A stretch of DNA of 64,000 bases, taken from assembly GCF_009914755.1 (NCBI RefSeq), contig NC_060948.1; one strand, given 5' to 3'. A program made the translations under genes and the position numbers. How positions within the stretch are numbered: the stretch's first letter is position 1; each line of letters starts with the position of its first letter. Under the pieces are notes generated by a model. That model was not told the DNA's origin and made no database searches. It saw only the letters and a list, made by a program, of their open reading frames with translations. Shown here in pieces: positions 1 through 20,115 of the stretch. This DNA is from the human T2T-CHM13v2.0 reference genome, Homo sapiens.

Positions 1-179
1 ATGTATATTATGTTATCTATAATTATACAATTTCATATATAAAATGTATAATATGTATTATATATTTTATGTGTTATGTAATATATATAGTATATATAAG
101 ATGACACAGGATAAATATTTTAAACTATGACATATAAAATATATGAGGTTATATGTTACATATAAGGCATAGCACATAA

Positions 180-494
<315 letters not shown>

Positions 495-1065
495 AGATCC
501 ACATTTTTTAAATGAAAAAAAATTTCAAAGGTACTCTGCTTGGTACAATAATCAAATGTATAAACTGAGGAATAAAACATAACCATGAAACCTACTTATA
601 ACTGCATATGGAAAATACAGAGGATAATTTTTTAAATAACATATTTTGAAAGCCTTAACTAGTAATTTGAAGAGTTGGCATTTGAAAGGCCAGTATGAAT
701 ATACCTTCAAAGCAGCAACACAGGTACCCCATGAGAAAAAGCAAACTCAGGGAAAATGAAACCACAAAGTTTCAATCTCTTCTGACCTTTGAAAGACACA
801 GCACAGACAGTGGTCCTTAGGACGAAGAGCAGGAGACCCCTAATTCCGTCACCATGGCGATAGGGCATAAACATTGCTGGGTGAGGGCACAATCCACATT
901 GTGAGGTCCAACTGCTGCCAGGAAGACAGGAGTGCTTTTACATAGACCGAAAGGTCATTGAAGGCTCAGAGTTTTGTTTCAAGAACTGAATCCCAAGCCC
1001 TCACGTTATTAGGTTGCGCTTCTTAAAACAAGTTATGAGATGGGAAAAAGGGCACCCACAAACAT
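495..1065. repeat. HSATI-like moderately GC segment of the monomer (representative copy; present in every unit)
   Basis: Non-Alu, higher-complexity block between the Alu end (gagcca) and the start of the AT-rich tract (cacccacaaacatacg). The name comes from known DYZ2 composition; boundaries are approximate. Confidence 0.7.
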
Positions 1066-2911
<1,846 letters not shown>

Positions 2912-5009
2912 AGATCCATATTTTTTAAATGAAAAAAAATTTCAAAGGTACTCTGCTTGGTACAATAATCAAATGTATAAACTGAGGAATAAAACATAAC
3001 CATGAAACCTACTTATAACTGCATATGGAAAATACAGAGGATAATTTTTTAAATAACATATTTTGAAAGCCTTAACTAGTAATTTGAAGAGTTGGCATTT
3101 GAAAGGCCAGTATGAATATACCTTCAAAGCAGCAACACAGGTTCCCCATGAGAAAAAGCAAACACAGGGAAAATAAAACCACAAAGGTTCAATCTCTTCT
3201 GACCTTTGAAAGACACAGCACAGACAGTGGTCCTTAGGACGAAGAGCAGGAGACCCCTAATTCCGTCACCATGGCGATAGGGCATAAACATTGCTGGGTG
3301 AGGGCACAATCCACATTGTAAGGTCCAACTGCTGCCAGGAAGACAGGAGTGCTTTTACATAGACCGAAAGGTCATTGAAGGCTCAGAGTTTTGTTTCAAG
3401 AACTGAATCCCAAGCCCACTCGTTATTAGGCTGCGCTTCTTAAAACAAGTTATGAGATGGGAAAAAGGGCACCCACAAACATACGTATACATTATGTATA
3501 TAATAATATACAGTATCATATATATAATATATATAACCTATGTATAATATTGTTTTACATCCTGCATCTTATGTTATATATATTGTATAAAATATAGTAA
3601 TTGATAATATATAAGTTTTATAATTATACAATATGACATATAGTATATATTATAATTTATGACATATATAATATATGTTATATATCATATATAGAATATA
3701 TTATACGGTTAATATACGTATTAAATATAAATTATACATTATATATATTATATATAATATATCTGTTATATATAATACACATTATGCATAATATATATAT
3801 TATGTCTATGTTATATATAGTATAAAACAACATATAATAATATATAATTGTATCTATAAAATGCGACATAGAATATATATTATATTTTATAACATATGTA
3901 ATATATATTATATATAATACGTTGTATGTATAATACCTATATTAAATATATATTATATGACTATGTTATTAATTACATGTCACATGTGTTATATATTATA
4001 TATTTTACATAGAATATACCGGTTACATACAATATATACTATGTTACCTATAATGTATAATTGATTACATGTAAAATAAATAATGCAATATATTATGTAT
4101 AATTTATAATACACAATATGTGGAATGTGATATATATAACATATAATATATGATATATGATATACAGTATAAGATATATAACATACAATATATGATACCT
4201 AATATATATGGTATACAATATATATTTTATGATATGTATTCTATATGTTTTATATTCTGTTATATATAACTATTTGAAATTATATATAACTGTATAATAT
4301 TTTATGTAAATATGTAATATAATATATATAACTATAAAATATATTATATATAACTATATATTATGTTATATATACTTTTATAACATAATTTACATAAAAT
4401 ATCATAATATAATATATATTATATTATTTCATATTACATAATATATATTACATATCACCCAATATAAGTAACATACATAATATTAAATTATATATTATAT
4501 TATGTTATATTAAATATTATATATATCATGTATCATATATTCTATAATATATATTACACATTATATAATATGTATGTTGTCTATTATGTGATATATATAT
4601 CTATATATATAATTATATTATTATACATATAACTAGATAAACATGTAATTCTACATATTTTCATTTATAATATATAGAATTATATAATCATATATAATTA
4701 TTTATATTCTATAAAAAATTATATCATTATATAAATTATAATATATAAAAATTATAATATGTACTACAAATATATATATTATATATCATATATGATATAG
4801 TACCTTTGTTATATATCATAATACATATAAATGTGTATTATGTTATCTATAATTATATAATTTCATATATAAGATGTATAATATGTATCATATACTATAT
4901 ATGTTATGTAATATATATAGTATATATAAGATGACACAGGATAAATATTATATACTATGACATATAAAATATATGAGGTTATATGTTACATATAAGGCAT
5001 AGCACATAA

Positions 5010-5324
<315 letters not shown>

Positions 5325-7357
5325 AGATCCATATTTTGTAAATGAAAAAAAATTTCAAAGGTACTCTGCTTGGTACAATAATCAAATGTATAAACTGAGG
5401 AATAAAACATAACCATGAAACCTACTTATAACTGCATATGGAAAATACAGAGGATAATTTTTTAAATAACATATTTTGAAAGCCTTAACTAGTAATTTGA
5501 AGAGTTGGCATTTGAAAGGCCAGTATGAATATACCTTCAAAGCAGCAACACAGGTTCCCCATGAGAAAAAGCAAACTCAGGGAAAATAAAACCACAAAGG
5601 TTCAATCTCTTCTGACCTTTGAAAGACACAGCACAGACAGTGGTCCTTAGGACGAAGAGCAGGAGACCCCTAATTCCGTCACCATGGCGATAGGGCATAA
5701 ACATTGCTGGGTGAGGGCACAATCCACATTGTGAGGTCCAACTGCTGCCAGAAAGACAGGAGTGCTTTTACATAGACCGAAAGGTCATTGAAGGCTCAGA
5801 GTTTTGTTTCAAGAACTGAATCCCAAGCCCACACGTTATTAGGCTGCGCTTCTTAAAACAAGTTCTGAGATGGGAAAAAGGGCACCCACAAACATACGTA
5901 TACATTATGTATATAATAATATACAGTATCATATATATAATATATATAACCTATGTATAATATTGTTTTACATCCTGCATCTTATGTTATATATATTGTA
6001 TAAAATATAATAATTGATAATATATAAGTTTTATATTTATAAAATATGACATATAGTATATATTATAATTTATGACATATATAATATATGTTATATATCA
6101 TATATAGAATATATTATACGGATAATATACGTATTAAATATAAATTATACATTATATATATTATATATAATATATCTGTTATATATAATACCCATTATGC
6201 ATAATATATATATAATGTCTATGTTATATATAGTATAAAACAACATATAATAATATATAATTGTATATATAAAATGCGACATATAATATATATTATATTT
6301 TATGACATATGTAATATATATTATATATTATATATAATACGTTGTATGTATAATACCTATATTAAATATATGTTATATGACTATATTATTAATTACATGT
6401 CACATATGTTATATATTATATATTTTACATAGAATATACAGGTTACATACAATATATACTATGTTACCTATAATGTATAATTTATTACATGTAAAATAAA
6501 GAATGTAATATATTATGTATAATTTATAATATACAATATGTGGAATGTGATATATATAACATATAATATATGATATATGATATACAGTATATGATATATA
6601 ACATACAATATATGATACCTAATATATATGTTATACAATATATATTTTATGATATGTATTCTATATGTTTTATATTCTGTTTTATATATCTATTTGAAAT
6701 TATATATAACTGTATAATATTTTATGTAAATATGTAATATAATATATATAACTATATAATATATAATATATAACTATATATTATGTTATATATACTTTTA
6801 TAACATAATTTACATAAAATATCGTAATATAATATATATTATATTATTTCATATTACATAATATATATTACATATCACCCAATATAAGTAACATACATAA
6901 TATTATACTATAGATTATATTATGTTATATTAAATATCATATATATCATGTATCATATATTCTATAATAGATATTATACATTATATAATATGTATGTTGT
7001 CTATTATGTGATATATATAACTATATATATAATTATATTATTATACATATAACTAGATAAACATGTAATTCTACATATTTTCATTTATAATATGTAGAAT
7101 TATATAATCATATATAATTATTTATATTCTATAAAAAATTTTATCATTATATAAATTATAATATATAAAAATTATAATATGTACTACAAATATATATATT
7201 ATATATCATATATGATATAGTACCTTTGTTATATATCATAATACATATAAATGTGTATTATGTTATCTATAATTATATAATTTCATATATAAGATGTATA
7301 ATATGTGTCATATAATATATATGTTATGTAATATATATAGTATATATAAGATGACAC

Positions 7358-7369
7358 AGGATAAATATT
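7358..7369 (+). repeat. Left target-site duplication of the AluY (aggataaatatt)
   Basis: Matches 7638-7649; other units carry this sequence once (gacac-aggataaatatt-atatac). Confidence 0.92.
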
Positions 7370-7685
<316 letters not shown>

Positions 7686-7732
7686 TTACATATAAGGCAT
7701 AGCACATAACATGTAATATATATCATATATAA

Positions 7733-8023
<291 letters not shown>

Positions 8024-10148
8024 AGATCCACATTTTTTAAATGAAAAAAAATTTCAAAGGTACTCTGCTTGGTACAATAATCAAATGTATAAACTGAGGA
8101 ATAAAACATAACCATGAAACCTACTTATAACTGCATATGGAAAATACAGAGGATAATTTTTTAAATAACATATTTTGAAAGCCTTAACTAGTAATTTGAA
8201 GAGTTGGCATTTGAAAGGCCAGTATGAATATACCTTCAAAGCAGCAACACAGGTTCCCCATGAGGAAAAGCAAACTCAGGGAAAATAAAACCACAAAGGT
8301 TCAATCTCTTCTGACCTTTGAAAGACACAGCACAGACAGTGGTCCTTAGGACGAAGAGCAGGAGACCCCTAATTCCGTCACCATGGCGATAGGGCATAAA
8401 CATTGCTGGGTGAGGACACAATCCACATTGTGAGGTCCAACTGCTGCCAGGAAGACAGGTGTGCTTTTACATAGACCGAAAGGTCATTGAAGGCTCAGAG
8501 TTTTGTTTCAAGAACTGAATCCCAAGCCCTCACGTTATTAGGCTGCGCTTCTTAAAACATGTTATGAGATGGGAAAAAGGGCACCCACAAACATACGTAT
8601 ACATTATGTATATAATAATATACAGTATCATATATATAATATATATAACCTATGTATAATATTGTTTTACATCCTGCATCTTATGTTATACATATTGTAT
8701 GAAATATAATAATTGATAATATATAAGTTTATATTTATAAAATATGACATATAGTATATAATATAATTTATGACATATATAATATATGTTATATATCATA
8801 TGAAGAATATATTATACGGTTAATATACGTATTAAATATAAATTATACATTATATATATTATATATAATATATCTATTATATATAATACCCATTATGCAT
8901 AATATATATATTATGTCTATGTTATATATAGTATAAAACAACACATAATAATATACAATTGTATATATAAAATGCGACATATAATATATATTATATTTTA
9001 TGACATGTAATATATATTATATATTATATATAATACGTTGTATGTATAATACCTATATTAAATATATATTATATGTCTATGTTATTAATTACATGTCACA
9101 TATGTTATATATTATATATTTTACATGGAATATACCGGTAACATACAATATATACTATGTTACCTATAATGTATAATTGATTACATGTGAAATAAAGAAT
9201 TCAATATATTATGTATAATTTATAATATACAATATGTGGAATGTGATATATATAACATATAATATATGATATATGATACACAGTATATGATATATAACAT
9301 ACAATATATGATACCTAATATATATTATATACAATATATATTTTATGATATGTATTCTATATGTTTTATATTCTGTTATATATAACTATTTGAAATTATA
9401 TGTAACTGTATAATATTTTATGTAAATATGTAATATAATATATATAACTATATAATATATTATATATAACTATATATTATGTTATGTATACTTTTATAAC
9501 ATAATTTACATAAAATATCATAATATAATATATATTATATTATTTCATATTACATAATATATATTACATATCACCCAATATAAGTAACATACATAATATT
9601 ATAATATAGATTATATTATGTTATATTAAATATCATATATATCATGTATCATATATTCTATAATCTATATTATACATTATATAATATGTATGTTGTCTAT
9701 TATGTGATATATATAACTATATATATAATTATATTATTATACATATAACTAGATAAACATGTAATTCTACATATTTTCATTTATAATATATAGAATTATA
9801 TAATCATATATAATTATTTATATTCTATAAAAAATTATATCATTATATAAATTATAATATATAAAAATTATAATATGTAGTACAAATATATATATTATAT
9901 ATCTTATATGATATAGTACCTTTGTTTTATATCATAATACATAAAAATGTGTATTATATTACCTATAATTATATAATTTCATATATAAGATGTATAATAT
10001 GTATCATATATTATATATGTTATGTAATATATATAGTATATATAAGATGACACAGGATAAATATTATATACTATGACATATAAAATATATGAGGTTATAT
10101 GTTACATATAAGGCATAGCACATAACATGTAATATATATCATATATAA

Positions 10149-10439
10149 TTTTTTTTTGACAGAGTCTTGTCCTGTTGCACAGGGTGGGGTACAATGGCGC
10201 CATCTTTGCTCACTGCAACTTCTGCCTCACAGGTCCAAGCGATTGTCCTCCCTCAGCCTCCCAGGTAGCTGGGACTACACCACACTGGGACTACACCAGC
10301 TGCCACCATGCCTAGCTAATTTTTTGGATTTTTAGTAGTGACAGCGTTTCACTGTATTGGCCAGGATGGTCTTGATCTCTTCACCTTGTGATCCCCTTGC
10401 CTTGGCCTCCAAATTTGCTGGGATTACAGGCCTGAGCCA
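10149..10439 (-). mobile_element. Unit-resident antisense Alu (copy 5)
   Basis: Near-identical to 203-494. Confidence 0.9.
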
Positions 10440-12564
10440 AGATCCATATTTTTTAAATGAAAAAAAATTTCAAAGGTACTCTGCTTGGTACAATAATCAA
10501 ATGTATAAACTGAGGAATAAAACATAACCATGAAACCTACTTATAACTGCATATGGAAAATACAGAGGATAATTTTTTAAATAACATATTTTGAAAGCCT
10601 TAACTAGTAATTTGAAGAGTTGGCATTTGAAAGGCCAGTATGAATATACCTTCAAAGCAGCAACACAGGTTCCCCATGAGAAAAAGCAAACACAGGGAAA
10701 ATAAAACCACAAAGGTTCAATCTCTTCTGACCTTTGAAAGACACAGCACAGACACTGGTCCTTAGGACGAAGAGCAGGAGACCCCTAATTCCGTCACCAT
10801 GGCGATAGGGCATAAACATTGCTGGGTGAGGGCACAATCCACATTGTGAGGTCCAACTGCTGCCAGGAAGACAGGTGTGCTTTTACATAGACCGAAAGGT
10901 CATTGAAGGCTCAGAGTTTTGTTTCAAGAACTGAATCCCAAGCCCACACGTTATTAGGCTGCGCTTCTTAAAACAGGTTATGAGATGGGAAACAGGGCAC
11001 CCACAAACATACGTATACATTATGTATATAATAATATACAGTATCATATATATAATATATATAACCTATGTATAATATTGTTTTACATCCTGCATCTTAT
11101 GTTATATATATTGTATAAAATATAATAATTGATAATATATAAGTTTTATAATTATACAATATGACATATAGTATATATTATAATTTATGACATATATAAT
11201 ATATGTTATATATCATATATAGAATATATTATACGGTTAATATACGTATTAAATATAAATTATACATTATATATATTATATATAATATATCTGTTATATA
11301 TAATACCCATTATGCATAATATATATATTATGTCTATGTTATATATAGTATAAAACAACATATAATAATATATAATTGTATATAGAAAACGCGACATATA
11401 ATATATATTATATTTTATGACATATGTAATATATATTATATATTATATAAAATACGTTGTATGTATACCTATATTAAATATATATTATATGACTATGTTA
11501 TTAATTACATGTCACATATGTTATATATTATATATTTTACATAGAATATACCGGTTACATACAATATATACTATGTTACCTACAATGTATAATTGATTAC
11601 ATGTAAAATAAAGAATGCAATATATTATATATAATTTATAATATACAATATGTGGAATGTGATATATATAACATATAATGTATGATATATGATATACAGT
11701 ATATGATATATAACATACAATATATGATTCCTAATATATATGGTATACAATATATATTTTATGATATGTATTCTATATGTTTTATATTCTGTTATATATA
11801 ACTATTTGAAATTATATATAACTGTATAATATTTTATGTAAATATGTAATATAATATATATAACTATATAATATATTATATATAACTATATATTATGTTA
11901 TATATACTTTTATAACATAATTTACATAAAATATCATAATATAATATATATTATATTATTTCATATTACATAATATATATTACATATCACCCAATATAAG
12001 TAACATACATAATATTATAATATAGATTATATTATGTTATATTAAATATCATATATATCATGTATCATATATTCTATAATCTATATTATACATTATATAA
12101 TATGTATGTTGTCTATTATGTGATATATATAACTATATATATAATTATATTATTATACATATAACTAGATAAACATGTAATTCTACATATTTTCATTTAT
12201 AATATATAGAATTATATAAACATATATAATTATTTATATTCTATAAAAAATTATATCATTATATAAATTATAATATATAAAAATTATAATATGTAGTACA
12301 AATATATATATTATATATCTTATATGATATAGTACCTTTGTTATATATCATAATACATAAAAATGTGTATTATATTACCTATAATTATATAATTTCATAT
12401 ATAAGATGTATAATATGTATCATATATTATATATGTTATGTAATATATATAGTATATATAAGATGACACAGGATAAATATTATATACTATGACATATAAA
12501 ATATATGAGGTTATATGTTACATATAAGGCATAGCACATAACATGTAATATATATCATATATAA

Positions 12565-12855
12565 TTTTTTTTTGACAGAGTCTTGTCCTGTTGCACAGGG
12601 TGGGGTACAATGGCGCCATCTTTGCTCACTGCAACTTCTGCCTCACAGGTCCAAGCGATTGTCCTCCCTCAGCCTCCCAGGTAGCTGGGACTACACCACA
12701 CTGGGACTACACCAGCTGCCACCATGCCTAGCTAATTTTTTGGATTTTTAGTAGTGACAGCGTTTCACTGTATTGGCCAGGATGGTCTTGATCTCTTCAC
12801 CTTGTGATCCCCTTGCCTTGGCCTCCAAATTTGCTGGGATTACAGGCCTGAGCCA
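12565..12855 (-). mobile_element. Unit-resident antisense Alu (copy 6)
   Basis: Near-identical to 203-494. Confidence 0.9.
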
Positions 12856-14960
12856 AGATCCATATTTTTTAAATGAAAAAAAATTTCAAAGGTACTCTGC
12901 TTGGTACAATAATCAAATGTATAAACTGAGGAATAAAACATAACCATGAAACCTACTTATAACTGCATATGGAAAATACAGAGGATAATTTTTTAAATAA
13001 CATATTTTGAAAGCCTTAACTAGTAATTTGAAGAGTTGGCATTTGAAAGGCCTGTATGAATATACCTTCAAAGCAGCAACACAGGTTCCCCATGAGAAAA
13101 AGCAAACACAGGGAAAATAAAACCACAAAGGTTCAATCTCTTCTGACCTTTGAAAGACACAGCACAGACACTGGTCCTTAGGACGAAGAGCAGGAGACCC
13201 CTAATTCCGTCACCATGGCGATAGGGCATAAACATTGCTGGGTGAGGGCACAATCCACATTGTGAGGTCCAACTGCTGCCAGGAAGACAGGAGTGCTTTT
13301 ACATAGACCGAAAGGTCATTGAAGCCTCAGAGTTTTGTTTCAAGAACTGAATCCCAAGCCCACACGTTATTAGGCTGCGCTTCTTAAAACAGGTTATGAC
13401 ATGGGAAACAGGGCACCCACAAACATACGTATACATTATGTATATAATAATATACAGTATCATATATATAATATATATAACCTATGTATAATATTGTTTT
13501 ACATCCTGCATCTTATGTTATATATATTGTATAAAATATAATAATTGATAATATATAAGTTTTATAATTATACAATATGACATATAGTATATATTATAAT
13601 TTATGACATATATAATATATGTTATATATCATATATAGAATATATTATACGGTTAATATACGTATTAAATATAAATTATACATTATATATATTATATATA
13701 ATATATCTTTTATATATAATACCCATTATGCATAATATATATATTATGTCTATGTTATATATAGTATAAAACAACATATAATAATATATAATTGTGTATA
13801 GAAAACGCGACATATAATATATATTATATTTTATGACATATGTAATATATATTATATATTATATAAAATACGTTGTATGTATAATACCTATATTAAATAT
13901 ATATTATATGACTATGTTATTAATTACATGTCACATATGTTATATATTATATATTTTACATAGAATATACCGGTTACATACAATATATACTATGTTACCT
14001 ATAATGTATAATTGATTACATGTAAAATAAAGAATGCAATATATTATATATAATTTATAATATACAATATGTGGAATGTGATATATATAACATATAATGT
14101 ATGATATATGATATACAGTATATGATATATAACATACAATATATGATTCCTAATATATATGGTATACAATATATATTCTATGATATGTATTCTATATGTT
14201 TTATATTCTGTTATATATAACTATTTGAAATTATATATAACTGTATAATATTTTATGTAAATATGTAATATAATATATATAACTATATAATATATTATAT
14301 ATAACTATATATTATGTTATATATACTTTTATAACATAATTTACATAAAATATCATAATATAATATATATTATATTATTTCATATTACATAATATATATT
14401 ACATATCACCCAATATAACTAACATACATAATATTATAATATAGATTATATTATGTTATATTAAATATCATATATATCATGTATCATATATTCTATAATA
14501 TATATTACACATTATATAATATGTATGTTGTCTAATATGTGATATATATAACTATATATATAATTATATTTTTATACATATAACTAGATAAACATGTAAT
14601 TCTACATATTTTCATTTATAATATGTAGAATTATATAATCATATATAATTATTTATATTCTATAAAAAATTTTATCATTATATAAATTATAATATATAAA
14701 AATTATAATATGTACTACAAATATATATATTATATATCATATATGATATAGTACCTTTGTTATATAGCATAATACATATAAATGTGTATTATGTTATCTA
14801 TAATTATATAATTTCATATATAAGATGTATAATATGTATCATATATTATATATGTTATGTAATATATATAGTATATATAAGATGACACAGGATAAATATT
14901 ATATACTATGACATATAAAATATATCAGGTTATATGTTACATATAAGGCATAGCACATAA

Positions 14961-15275
<315 letters not shown>

Positions 15276-17401
15276 AGATCCATATTTTTTAAATGAAAAA
15301 AAATTTCAAAGGTACTCTGCTTGGTACAATAATCAAATGTATAAACTGAGGAATAAAACATAACCATGAAACCTACTTATAACTGCATATGGAAAATACA
15401 GAGGATAATTTTTTAAATAACATATTTTGAAAGCCTTAACTAGTAATTTGAAGAGCTGGCATTTGAAAGGCCAGTATGAATATACCTTCAAAGCAGCAAC
15501 ACAGGTTCCCCATGAGAAAAAGCAAACACAGGGAAAATAAAAACACAAAGGTTCAATCTCTTCTGACCTTTGAAAGACACAGCACAGACAGTGGTCCTTA
15601 GGACGAAGAGCAGGAGACCCCTAATTCCGTCACCATGGCGATAGGGCATAAACATTGCTGGGTGAGGGCACAATCCACATTGTGAGGTCCAACTGCTGCC
15701 AGGAAGACAGGAGTGCTTTTACATAGACCGAAAGGTCATTGAAGCCTCAGAGTTTTGTTTCAAGAAATGAATCCCAAGCCCACACGTTATTAGGCTGCGC
15801 TTCTTAAAACAAGTTATGAGATGGGAAAAAGGGCACCCACAAACATACGTATACATTATGTATATAATAATATACAGTATCATATATATAATATATATAA
15901 CCTATGTATAATATTGTTTTACATCCTGCATCTTATGTTATATATATTGTATAAAATATAATAATTGATAATATATAAGTTTTATAATTAAACAATATGA
16001 CATATAGTATATATTATAATTTATGACATATATAATATATGTTATATGTCATATATAGAATATATTATACGGTTAATATACGTATTAAATATAAATTATA
16101 CATTATATATATTATATATAATATATCTGTTATATATAATACCCATTATGCATAATATATATATTATGTCTATGTTATATATAGTATAAAACAACATATA
16201 ATAATATATAATTGTATATAGAAAACGCGACATATAATATATATTATATTTTATGACATATGTAATATATATTATATATTATATAAAATACGTTGTATGT
16301 ATAATACCTATATTAAATATATATTATATGACTATGTTATTAATTACATGTCACATATGTTATATATTATATATTTTACATAGAATATACCGGTTACATA
16401 CAATATATACTATGTTACCTATAATGTATAATTGATTACATGTAAAATAAAGAATGCAATATATTATATATAATTTATAATATACAATATGTGGAATGTG
16501 ATATATATAACATATAATATATGATATATGATATACAGTGTATGATATATAACATACAATATATGATACCTAATATATATGGTATACAATATATATTTTA
16601 TGATATGTATTCTCTATGTTTTACATTCTGTTATATATAACTATTTGAAATTATATATAACTGTATAATATTTTATGTAAATATGTAATATAATATATAT
16701 AACTATATAATATATTATAAATAACTATATATTATGTTATATATACTTTTATAACATAATTTACATAAAATATCATAATATAATATATATTATATTATTT
16801 CATATTACATAATATATATTACATATCACCCAATATAAGTAACATACATAATATTATAATATAGAATATATTATGTTATATTAAATATCATATATATCAT
16901 GTATCATATATGCTATAATATATATTAAACAATATATAATATGTATGTTGCCTATTATGTGATATATATAACTATATATATAATTATATTATTATACATA
17001 TAACTAGATAAACATGTAATTCTACATATTTAGATTTATAATATATATAATTATATAATCATATTTAATTATTTAAATTCTATAAAAAATTATATCATTA
17101 TATAAATCATAATATATAATAATTATAATATGTACTAGAAATATATATTATATATCATATATGATATAGTACCTTTGTTATATATCATAATACATATAAA
17201 TGTGTATTATGTTATCGATAATTATATAATTTCATATATAAGATATATAATATGTATTATATATTATATATGTTATGCAATATATATAGTATATATAAGA
17301 TGACACTGGATAAATATTATATACTATGACATATAAAATATATGAGTTTATATGTTACATATAAGGCATAGCACATAACATGTAATATATATCATATATA
17401 A

Positions 17402-17693
<292 letters not shown>

Positions 17694-19800
17694 AGATCCA
17701 TATTTTTTAAATGAAAAAAAATTTCAAAGGTACTCTGCTTGGTACAATAATCAAATGTATAAACTGAGGAATAAAACATAACCATGAAACCTACTTATAA
17801 CTGCATATGGAAAATACAGAGGATAATTTTTTAAATAACATATTTTGAAAGCCTTAACTAGTAATTTGAAGAGTTGGCATTTGAAAGGCCAGTATGAATA
17901 TACCTTCAAAGCAGCAACACAGGTTCCCCATGAGAAAAAGCAAACTCAGGGAAAATAAAACCACAAAGGTTCAATCTCTTCTGACCTTTGAAAGACACAG
18001 CACAGACAGTGGTCCTTAGGACGAAGAGCAGGAGACCCCTAATTCCGTCACCATGGCGATAGGGCATAAACACTGCTGGGTGAGGGCACAATCCACATTG
18101 TGAGGTCCAACTGCTGCCAGGAAGACAGGAGTGCTTTTACATAGACCGAAACGTCATTGAAGGCTCAGAGTTTTGTTTCAAGAACTGAATCCCAAGCCCA
18201 CACGTTATTAGGCTGCGCTTCTTAAAACAAGTTATGAGATGGGAAAAAGGGCACCCACAAACATACGTATACATTATGTATATAATAATATACAGTATCA
18301 TATATATAATATATATAACCTATGTATAATATTGTTTTACATCCTACATCTTATGTTATATATATTGTATAAAATATAATAATTGATAATATATAAGTTT
18401 TATAATTATACAATATGACATATAGTATATATTATAATTTATGACATATATAATATATGTTATATATCATATATAGAATATATTATACGGTTAATATACA
18501 TATTAAATATAAATTATACATTATATATATTATATATAATATATCTGTTATATATAATACCCATTATGCATAATATATATATTATGTCTATATTATATAT
18601 ATAGTATAAAACCACATATAATAATATATAATTGTATATATAAAATGCGACATATAATATATATTATATTTTATAACATATGTAATATATATTATATATT
18701 ATATATAATACGTTGTATATATAATACCTATATTAAATATTTATTATATGACTATGTTATTAATTACATGTCACATGTGTTATATATTATATATTTTACA
18801 TAGAATATACCGGTTACATACAATATATACTATGTTACCTATAATGTATAATTTCTTACATGTAAAATAAAGAATGCAATATATTATGTATAATTTATAA
18901 TATACAATATGTGGAATGTGATATATATAACATATAATATATGATATATGATATACAGTATATGATATATAACATACAATATATGATTCCTAATATATAT
19001 GGTATACAATATATATTTTATGACATGTATTCTCTATGTTTTATATTCTGTTATATATAACTATTTGAAATTATATATAACTGTATAATATTTTATATAA
19101 ATATGTAATATAATATATATAACTATATAATATATTATATATAACTATATATTATGTTATATATACTTTTATAACATAATTTGCATAAAATATCATAATA
19201 TAATATATATTATATTATTTCATATTACATAATATATATTACATATCACCCAATATAACTAACATACATAATATTATAATATAGATTATATTATGTTATA
19301 TTAAATATCATATATATCATGTATCATATATTCTATAATATATATTACACATTATATAATATGTATGTTGTCTATTATGTGATATATATACCTCTATATA
19401 TAATTATATTATTATACATATAACTAGATAAACATGTAATTCTACATATTTTCATTTATAATATGAAGAATTATATAATCATATATAATTATTTATATTC
19501 TATAAAAAATTTTATCATTATATAAATTATAATATATAAAAATTATAATATGTACTACAAATATATATATTATATATCATATCTGATATAGTACCTTTGT
19601 TATATATCATAATACATATAAATGTGTATTATGTTATCTATAATTATATAATTTCATATATAAGATGTATAATATGTATCATATATTATATATGTTATGT
19701 AATATATACAGTATATATAAGATGACACAGGATAAATATTATATACTATGACATATAAAATATATGAGGTTATATGTTACATATTAGGCATAGCACATAA

Positions 19801-20115
<315 letters not shown>

